Virus record (IMG/VR): IMGVR_UViG_3300033830_000011
Location: 1 to 6,696 of that record
Reading direction: 5' to 3' (one strand)
DNA: 6,696 nt
Within the stretch, counting starts at the first letter, position 1; each line of letters begins with the position of its first letter. The notes under the pieces are model-generated. The model was given only the letters and a program-made list of their open reading frames with translations, made no database searches and was not told the origin of the DNA. The position numbers and the translations under genes are program-made. Of the stretch, positions 1-5,939 are shown in pieces.

Positions 1-23
1 GAGAGTAGTCCTTACGGACCGTG

Positions 24-93
24 ATTAGGGGGAAACTTAAAGACCCTTCAGATATCCCCAGTGGGGGACACTCCCACACCCCCAATCCTAAAG
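24..93. repeat. Intergenic modular G/C-run repeat, cluster I
   Basis: Contains GAAACTTAAAGACCCTTCAGA (32-52), GATATCCCCA (51-60), GACACTCCCA (67-76) and CCCCCAATCCTA (79-90). These blocks recur at 814-924 and 5630-5706. Confidence 0.9.
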
Positions 94-129
94 TAATTTA
101 TTTTTTAACTTATTCTCCTACTTCTTCAT

Positions 130-762
130 ATGAAAAGACTGTTACTACTGCTTTTAGTTCCTCTCATGGCATCTCTGCTAGTAGTCGCAACAACGGGAGG
201 AGCTGTTTTAGACTGGTCTGACGGTAGTGCCGTTGTAACGATACAACCGCTTTCTGAGACAGTTATAGACGGTTACGTCGTTAATGCGTTTTATAACGGC
301 TCTAATCAAGTAGTCCTCTTAGCTGAGCCCTACTACCAAGGTCAAAACTTACAACAAGTTACGTTCTCTCTCTATGATTATTACACGCATCAATTGATCG
401 GTAACTACACATTACAAGACAACTACACCGTTGTAACAGTACCATCCAACATAACCGTTATCTTCATTTACTTCGATAGTCAGCAATTCGGACCATTCTA
501 CATAACTACAAACGGTGGGAATTATGCACCTCCGCTCCTCGAACAAATGCTGATGTACGTAATTCCGTTATCTTCAGTAGCTTTGTTCGGACTTAGAGCG
601 GGTCTGAGAAACGTAGGACTGGGGTTAATAGTATCGTCAGTGTTTACGACAGCGGAAATGGTAGCACTCGGTGTCTCAAACCTGTGGCTATATGCTATAC
701 CTACACTGGAGGTGTTGTTTGCCATTATACTGTTATGGCATAGCGTTCAAACGTCAGGTTAG
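130..762 (+). CDS. Membrane-anchored surface glycoprotein (putative virion/envelope protein), 210 aa
   Basis: N-terminal signal peptide (MKRLLLLLLVPLMASLLVVA). A beta-rich, Y/N/T-rich ectodomain has 4 N-X-S/T sequons (NGS, NYT, NYT, NIT), followed by about 3 C-terminal hydrophobic helices. The function is inferred. Confidence 0.8.
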   Translation: MKRLLLLLLVPLMASLLVVATTGGAVLDWSDGSAVVTIQPLSETVIDGYVVNAFYNGSNQVVLLAEPYYQGQNLQQVTFSLYDYYTHQLIGNYTLQDNYTVVTVPSNITVIFIYFDSQQFGPFYITTNGGNYAPPLLEQMLMYVIPLSSVALFGLRAGLRNVGLGLIVSSVFTTAEMVALGVSNLWLYAIPTLEVLFAIILLWHSVQTSG

Positions 763-790
763 TCAAGGGGAAGTTGACAAAACGTCTCTT

Positions 791-926
791 TGGGGGGATA
801 TAATTCTGTGGGAGAAACTTAAAGACCCTTCAGACACTCCCATTAGGGGGATACCCCCTAAGACCCCCAATGCTAGTGAGGGAAACTTAAAGACCTTTCA
901 GATACCCCCACACCCCCAATGCTAAG
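791..926. repeat. Intergenic modular G/C-run repeat, cluster II (two tandem units)
   Basis: The 21-mer occurs at 814-834 (identical to 32-52) and at 882-902 (1 mismatch). CCCCCAATGCTA occurs at 864-875 and 913-924. There is a perfect inverted repeat TTAGGGGG-ATA-CCCCCTAA at 843-861. Confidence 0.92.
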
Positions 927-956
927 ATTTTTCTTATTTAACACTCTTTTTCTGTC

Positions 957-1700
957 ATGACAACTACAACACTCCCTCCACCGGTAACAGTTCCTGCTCT
1001 ATCGTCATCATCTGCAGTTGTATCATCTTTTTCACCCGACATCCTCGAATACGCTATGATTACAGTCTTCGCAGGAGTGATAATTTACATTGCGTACAAA
1101 CTCTTCCGTAAACCAAGTTACCGTTACTGGTTAAGGCTTATTGACGGTAACGAAGAAAGGGAGATACCGTTAACCAGGATAGACGAGGTCAACTTCGTCA
1201 GTGTGAGGGGGAATATACGTGTTTATAAAGACCCTACAGTTAAGATGATTAAGAGCGGAAGGAGGTACATACTTTACGGCTGGGGTATACAGCCCTACTA
1301 TATTGCAAAGGACCCGCAAACACTTGTCAACGTCGGGATCCGAGACTTAGTACTAAGGGTCGGAAACAAGGAGATAAAATTCGACGGAACGTGGAAGTCA
1401 ATCGTCGATTATTACACTTACCTGATAAAAAGTAGGATTGACACCATGAGAGAACTTACACTTGATACTAACACACAACTCGTCATAGCAGTAGATTATC
1501 CCAGTATATTCAAGAACTCCGTTGAGGACTTACTCCACACTAACGTAAAGCACTCACTGAGACAATTAGAGGAAATAGTAAACATAGAGAAGAACGTAAC
1601 GGCTACAAAGTCTACGGACTTCTCATGGATGAGATGGCTCATAATAGCGTTTATGATAATGGGTGTATTCCTGTTAGCCTTGTCGGTGATACACAAATGA
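957..1700 (+). CDS. Membrane protein with N- and C-terminal TM helices and a central soluble domain, 247 aa
   Basis: T/P/S-rich N-terminus, then a TM segment (YAMITVFAGVIIYIAY) followed by basic KLFRK, and a C-terminal TM segment (WLIIAFMIMGVFLLALSVI). The stop codon overlaps the ATPase start (ATGA at 1697-1700). Confidence 0.8.
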   Translation: MTTTTLPPPVTVPALSSSSAVVSSFSPDILEYAMITVFAGVIIYIAYKLFRKPSYRYWLRLIDGNEEREIPLTRIDEVNFVSVRGNIRVYKDPTVKMIKSGRRYILYGWGIQPYYIAKDPQTLVNVGIRDLVLRVGNKEIKFDGTWKSIVDYYTYLIKSRIDTMRELTLDTNTQLVIAVDYPSIFKNSVEDLLHTNVKHSLRQLEEIVNIEKNVTATKSTDFSWMRWLIIAFMIMGVFLLALSVIHK

Positions 1701-3004
1701 TATGCCGAAAAGTTGTAAGGAACTCCTCAGGGGAAGTACTCAGGAGACCTATCAATTGCAACGAAATTGCCCCTTATACTGACGTTAAGACGGTAGGAGA
1801 AGTCAAAGTAGAGGAGGTCAAGGGATATATAGTAGTTACCGCAGATGACGTATACGTTTACCCGAAAAGTGTATGGGAACGAATACAGTTTTACGTTGAC
1901 TATTTCAGAAAAAACGGTGTCTTCCCAAATCCCGGTTTGCTCTTTACGGGACCACCCGGAACCGGAAAAACAACATTGTCCAGAATAATTACCGAAATGT
2001 TAGGGTTGGACAGAGTTTTCTTCAGTTTCGCTGAAGTCTTAGGACCCTACGTCGGGCAGAGTGAAAAGGGTTTTCAAGCGAAAATCGATGAAGCTATGAG
2101 ATCACGCCCTTCTGCTCTAATAATCGATGAAGCTGACACTTTGCTCATGTCAAGAGAAGTTATGGTACAAAGGATAGGCGTGTCATCTGCAGACATTAAC
2201 ATAAAGTCAATGCTACTCGACACGATGTCCAAGATGAGGGAGAGTGACGTATTGTTTATTGCAATAACCAACATTTCACCATCTCTCATTGACAGTGCGT
2301 TAAAAAGAGAAGGGAGATTCGGTGAACCGGTCTACGTCCCGGTACCAACAAAGGACGCAATAGAGATACTCATAGAAAGGAAGTTTCCGCAACACATTAA
2401 TAAACGGGAAGAGTTAGCGTCAAAGCTCGCTTCATCAATGCAGAACTTCGCTAACATAGTGTCCTATCTGAAAAGATTGGAATACGGCATAGACAGACTT
2501 CCCGAGGAGTCATTACGCGGTTACAGGATAATTTACGTTAAGAAACCGTACAGTGATAGAAGACTTGAGAAGTTTTTTTCCTCACTCGACTACCCTGAGC
2601 TTTACTTCGCGAAAGCAAACCCGGATCTAGCGATACCTGTACTTGCAGCTTATTTCGTTTCTGTCGGTAAAGGGAACGTAGTCGTTTATAACGCAAAGGG
2701 ACTGGAAGAGGCGATAAAAGTAGCTGAAACATATAACGCCGTGCTCATCGTGGACGAGAGGAGCGGGATACCGATAAAGGAACTGTTTCGCGTTGCAAAC
2801 GTCCCGATTGTCGTTGTCGGAGACAATGTTACGGCAAAGGAAGTTTTTCATGTAGACGAATATAACGAAGACATGATAAACATCATCTTCAGTGCGTATA
2901 ACATTAGGGTGACACCGAAGAGATATGCCTTGTCTGATTTGGAAAGGATCGTTTACCACTGTAAAGGAGGTGATGAGAGTTGCGTAAAGAAGTTGAGAGA
3001 GTAG
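1697..3004 (+). CDS. AAA+ ATPase, classic clade (Cdc48/p97/Vps4-like), about 435 aa, with a degenerate C-terminal second AAA-like region
   Basis: Walker A GPPGTGKT (1949-1972), pore loop EVLGPYVGQSEK, Walker B ALIIDEAD, and sensor-1/SRH IAITN..SLIDSALKREGRF. I moved the start from 1625 to ATG 1697 because of the ATGA overlap with the upstream stop and the GGTGA SD at 1685-1689. Confidence 0.92.
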   Translation: MICRKVVRNSSGEVLRRPINCNEIAPYTDVKTVGEVKVEEVKGYIVVTADDVYVYPKSVWERIQFYVDYFRKNGVFPNPGLLFTGPPGTGKTTLSRIITEMLGLDRVFFSFAEVLGPYVGQSEKGFQAKIDEAMRSRPSALIIDEADTLLMSREVMVQRIGVSSADINIKSMLLDTMSKMRESDVLFIAITNISPSLIDSALKREGRFGEPVYVPVPTKDAIEILIERKFPQHINKREELASKLASSMQNFANIVSYLKRLEYGIDRLPEESLRGYRIIYVKKPYSDRRLEKFFSSLDYPELYFAKANPDLAIPVLAAYFVSVGKGNVVVYNAKGLEEAIKVAETYNAVLIVDERSGIPIKELFRVANVPIVVVGDNVTAKEVFHVDEYNEDMINIIFSAYNIRVTPKRYALSDLERIVYHCKGGDESCVKKLRE

Positions 3005-4041
3005 CCGTATTTCTAGGAGCGTTAACATTTGTAAACGGTGTATTATCATTGGAAGTAGCCTCCGTTATAGTGTACATGTTTTACATTCTAGCTGTAGTAT
3101 TCGCTTTCCTTTACCTTGTGAAAGACGACAGAAGGTTTGCTGACTTAATCGTGTTCTTTACGTTTGTCGCCGCATTTACTGCAGTTTCAGTATACAGAGT
3201 CCCATCACAAACGGACGAAGAAAGTCTTGTGTTATATGCGGCTTATCTTTTCAGACACGGGATTAACCCCTATACGGCTAACTTCATCAACGCTTATAAG
3301 ATGTTTCCCGTAGCCGAACCCGTCGTTACTGTTACACTTACTCCCAGTTATTACGTTAACGTGTTCGGTTACCCTGCGTTATATTTCGAGATAGCTTCCG
3401 TAGTGTACCCTCAGATCGTCACGCTTGTTACAACGTTTCTGCTTTACCCCTTTCTGAGGTGGAAGGGTAAGGAGAAGTTATTCTTCATTATAATGCTGAT
3501 AGAAGGGAGCTACTCAGCTTTCACCGGTGGTACGTTTGACATAATATCATTAACTATCGCGGTCATAGCACTTACAACGAAAGGTTGGATCAGGACAACA
3601 TTTATGACGTTGAGCGGTGACATTAAGCAATACACATTACTTTACTTACCGTTTATATGGAAGGATTATTGGGGTAAATGGAAAGAGCTGACAAAGAACA
3701 TCCTCATACCGCTAACCGTTTTTCTAATTCCCAACTTACCCTTCATCTCGTTTAAATGGGCTTTCGACGTATTAGGCCCTCTCACGCAACCCATTGCAAA
3801 CCAAGGTACTTCACTCAGTTTGTTGACTATGATAGGCGTGCCCATTCCGCATATTGCGTATACTATCGCTTTTCTGACGCTCTATGTCGCGTTGTTGGTG
3901 CTGTATAAACCTAACACTAAGTGGAAGTGGATCCTCCCGGCTTTCATCTGGCTCGTGAGTTGGAGGGATTTGAATTATTTCTTATTCTACATAACGGTAT
4001 GGGTGAGCAGTTATGAACTGGAAAGTGCTGGTGATAATTAG
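2980..4041 (+). CDS. Polytopic membrane protein, probable GT-C fold glycosyltransferase (GT87/PMT-like), 353 aa
   Basis: Many hydrophobic helices. The first large loop carries an acidic TDEE motif followed by GINPY and YPALYF, with a later IKQY motif; this pattern resembles lipid-linked-sugar-dependent GT-C enzymes. TTG start with a strong SD, GGAGGTGA, at 2966-2973. Confidence 0.7.
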   Translation: MRKEVERVAVFLGALTFVNGVLSLEVASVIVYMFYILAVVFAFLYLVKDDRRFADLIVFFTFVAAFTAVSVYRVPSQTDEESLVLYAAYLFRHGINPYTANFINAYKMFPVAEPVVTVTLTPSYYVNVFGYPALYFEIASVVYPQIVTLVTTFLLYPFLRWKGKEKLFFIIMLIEGSYSAFTGGTFDIISLTIAVIALTTKGWIRTTFMTLSGDIKQYTLLYLPFIWKDYWGKWKELTKNILIPLTVFLIPNLPFISFKWAFDVLGPLTQPIANQGTSLSLLTMIGVPIPHIAYTIAFLTLYVALLVLYKPNTKWKWILPAFIWLVSWRDLNYFLFYITVWVSSYELESAGDN

Positions 4042-4732
4042 TCTCATTGTACTCGAAATTCTCGCTATCTCTTTATTGTGGAAACCGACATTACCGTTGA
4101 CGGTCTACATCGTAAGGGTCTATGACGTCGGCGATGTAGGGTACTGGGACGTAGTATGTTTGAACGTTACTAACCACGGAAACTCTCCAATTCACCCTAT
4201 TTTCCTACTTAACGAGTTCGGTAGTGAGAAGAGGTGGGTCGTTTTGAGCCAAATCATACCATACGTACCGTATAATTGTACGTTGCCCGTTATTTCACCT
4301 CACTCATGGCGTCTTATCAATATCTCTGCACCATCACCCCTTTACTTCATACCGCCTTTTACACCGATTTATGTACAAGTCTATTCGGTGGGGGATACAC
4401 CCATACCCCCAATGCTCTTTGTAAACTCTCCCGTTTACATAACGCCTAACATAACTAGACCTCTTATCATCAACCCAAACTTTACCGTTCTGTATTATAG
4501 CGGGAAGTATAACGAGGAGTTACCGTGGGGTTGGTACGTCGAACTCGCTCCGGGGACTAAACTTTCTTACCATGACGGCGTTATTGTAAACGGTACAGCG
4601 ATATTTTACCAACCGGTTTTCGACGCGAATGTGACGGTAATCGGTTACAATGTCTCTTACACGGTCTCTGGCAATACACTGTTCATCTACGTCCATGACG
4701 GTTATGTGAGAGGTGTCGTACTTGGGTCGTGA
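4013..4732 (+). CDS. Membrane-anchored/secreted beta-rich glycoprotein, 239 aa
   Basis: N-terminal hydrophobic helix and a V/Y/P/N-rich ectodomain with 8 sequons (NVT, NCT, NIS, NIT, NFT, NGT, NVT, NVS). SD GGTGA at 4002-4006. Confidence 0.8.
   Translation: MNWKVLVIISLIVLEILAISLLWKPTLPLTVYIVRVYDVGDVGYWDVVCLNVTNHGNSPIHPIFLLNEFGSEKRWVVLSQIIPYVPYNCTLPVISPHSWRLINISAPSPLYFIPPFTPIYVQVYSVGDTPIPPMLFVNSPVYITPNITRPLIINPNFTVLYYSGKYNEELPWGWYVELAPGTKLSYHDGVIVNGTAIFYQPVFDANVTVIGYNVSYTVSGNTLFIYVHDGYVRGVVLGS
4388..4416. repeat. Intragenic copy of the G/C-run repeat
   Basis: GTGGGGGATACACCCATACCCCCAATGCT matches 61-89 (GTGGGGGACACTCCCACACCCCCAATCCT) at 25 of 29 positions without gaps. Confidence 0.8.
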
Positions 4733-5054
4733 AATATGTGAAAAATTTGTGAACGACATCATCAAGAAAGCAAAGAGTAAAATATATTATTTCAGCGACA
4801 GAAAGAACGGGTTTTACAGTTACTACGGTGTACAAGCTAAAAAGTTAAAGTACTTCATTGAGGACGATGAGGAGCTAGTGAAACTATGTGAAAAGAAGTA
4901 TGACACGCTGGAAATGTGTGTGTCAAAACTTCTAAATTATTGTGCGGAGAGAGAAAACTACCAACCGGCGATCTACATTTACGGTAGGATATTCTTTAAT
5001 AAACCGATAAACATAGATGAACTCAGGAGGTTGGTACAAAATGTTAGGAGATGA
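4722..5054 (+). CDS. Hypothetical soluble K/Y-rich protein, about 110 aa
   Basis: The ORF overlaps both neighbours in operon fashion. TTG at 4722 with SD GAGGTG (4710-4715) is preferred over GTG at 4713. Confidence 0.7.
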   Translation: MGREICEKFVNDIIKKAKSKIYYFSDRKNGFYSYYGVQAKKLKYFIEDDEELVKLCEKKYDTLEMCVSKLLNYCAERENYQPAIYIYGRIFFNKPINIDELRRLVQNVRR

Positions 5055-5379
5055 GTTGATCGTAACGTTATCGATAGACTTTATTGCGTTGTCGCTTCAG
5101 TTGTATCTCATCAACAAGGATACACCGTTTTATCTTGACGCTCTCATTACGATCTTTCTTGCGATTTTCAACTTCGCTTCATACTTAAACGGTATAATTT
5201 ATGTTGCTGGCGAGAATGAGACAAAGTTAAACAACTCAACAGTTATAATAACGCCTGTTTATAAGCCCGATCCCTTTGCTCCTCTTTTCATGATAGGGTT
5301 CGCTATAACGATAGTATCGGCTTTCCTGCTAATAATAAAAATATTTACGAAAAAAGGAAGTTTCGAATTATTTCCTTAA
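5041..5379 (+). CDS. Small 3-TM membrane protein, about 112 aa
   Basis: Three hydrophobic segments, with a loop ENETKLNNST carrying 3 sequons. ATG 5041 follows GGAGGT (5026-5031); the alternative start is 5017. Confidence 0.75.
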   Translation: MLGDELIVTLSIDFIALSLQLYLINKDTPFYLDALITIFLAIFNFASYLNGIIYVAGENETKLNNSTVIITPVYKPDPFAPLFMIGFAITIVSAFLLIIKIFTKKGSFELFP

Positions 5380-5583
5380 TGTCCTCTCTAAAACAGCACC
5401 GCAGTATGTAGTATCCAGATGTCTTTGTAAAAAGAACACGTTTTTAAATTTTTTACCACATACAGGGCATTTTTTCTCCTTTATCGAACCTAGGATGTCA
5501 ATATTCTTTTTTTCTGCATTCATAATCAGCCATCTCATTCCCAGTAACTTCTTATACCTTGAAACCGCATAAAGTTCTTTCAT
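5368..5583 (-). CDS. Small zinc-finger protein (C2H2/C2HC type), putative transcription regulator, 71 aa
   Basis: CPVCGKKFKNVFFLQRHLDTTYC gives C-x2-C-x3-F-x5-L-x2-H-x5-C. The protein is basic and has a correctly spaced upstream TATA box. Small zinc-finger proteins of this kind are common in crenarchaeal viruses. Confidence 0.85.
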   Translation of the reverse strand: MKELYAVSRYKKLLGMRWLIMNAEKKNIDILGSIKEKKCPVCGKKFKNVFFLQRHLDTTYCGAVLERTLRK

Positions 5584-5594
5584 TATATAATGAA
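5579..5594. promoter_or_regulatory. Perfect 16-bp palindrome (putative operator) over the zinc-finger gene start
   Basis: TTCATTATATAATGAA is its own reverse complement and covers the start codon (5581-5583). Confidence 0.55.
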
Positions 5595-5605
5595 TTCACA
5601 ACTCG

Positions 5606-5619
5606 ATTTAAAACTTTTA
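5606..5619 (-). promoter_or_regulatory. Archaeal BRE-TATA promoter for a leaderless zinc-finger transcript
   Basis: The minus strand reads TAAAAG-TTTTAAAT. TTTAAA lies at -29 to -24 relative to the ATG at 5583, the canonical spacing for leaderless mRNAs in Sulfolobales. Confidence 0.7.
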
Positions 5620-5620
5620 T

Positions 5621-5709
5621 TATTAGGGAGGTACCCCCATTAGAGGGATACTCCCACACCCCCAATCCTAGTTAGGGGAACACCTTCACCCCCCCCCCCC
5701 ATGCTAATA
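5621..5709. repeat. Intergenic modular G/C-run repeat, cluster III
   Basis: GGATACTCCCACACCCCCAATCCTA (5646-5670) matches 66-90 at 24 of 25 positions. It also contains GGTACCCCCA (5630-5639) and a C12 run followed by ATGCTAA (5689-5707). The 21-mer block is absent. Confidence 0.9.
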
Positions 5710-5738
5710 TTTTTATTATTATACAGAGACGTATAACT

Positions 5739-5939
5739 ATGGATGTTATTGACATAATTGTCGCATACAACCCCCTATTTTCCCCGGAAAAGGAGAACAT
5801 TATTATGGTACCGCTGGACTACGTAGAAGAAGTTAAACGATTAGCGAAATCACATAACGCAAAGATCCAAATTTTTCAGAAACGAAGGAGTAAATACGCT
5901 TATATAAGGTGGTACTACCCGGGTGAGAAGGATGAGTGA
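5739..5939 (+). CDS. Small hypothetical protein, 66 aa
   Basis: First ORF after cluster III, with an AT-rich TATA-like tract about 25-30 nt upstream. Its end overlaps the next gene start. Confidence 0.65.
   Translation: MDVIDIIVAYNPLFSPEKENIIMVPLDYVEEVKRLAKSHNAKIQIFQKRRSKYAYIRWYYPGEKDE

Noticed and set aside
21-221. 66-aa ORF
   Set aside because: It is a translation of repeat cluster I (KLKDPSD) and overlaps the better-supported 130-762 gene in another frame.
762-778. GTCAA-N7-TTGAC hairpin after the 130-762 stop as a terminator
   Set aside because: The stem is only 5 bp with no adjacent T-tract, which is too weak to call.
814-924. Mini-CRISPR array (21-bp repeat at a 68-bp period)
   Set aside because: The intervening sequences are not unique spacers; they are built from the same B and C blocks. 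The repeat lacks the ATTGAAA(G/C) end typical of Sulfolobales CRISPR repeats, and there are no cas genes in the window.
671-925. 84-aa ORF
   Set aside because: It reads through repeat cluster II. The KLKDPSD peptide shared with ORF 21-221 reflects the DNA repeat, and the third copy is in a different frame.
1625-1696. N-terminal extension of the ATPase from ATG 1625
   Set aside because: It would overlap the upstream gene by 76 nt. ATG 1697 has an SD and a typical ATGA coupling.
5577-5602. Minus-strand GTTGTGAATTCATTATATAATGAAAG resembles a CRISPR repeat (GTT...TGAAAG)
   Set aside because: It is a single copy, and the ATGAAAG end is simply the start of the zinc-finger gene (Met-Lys-Glu).
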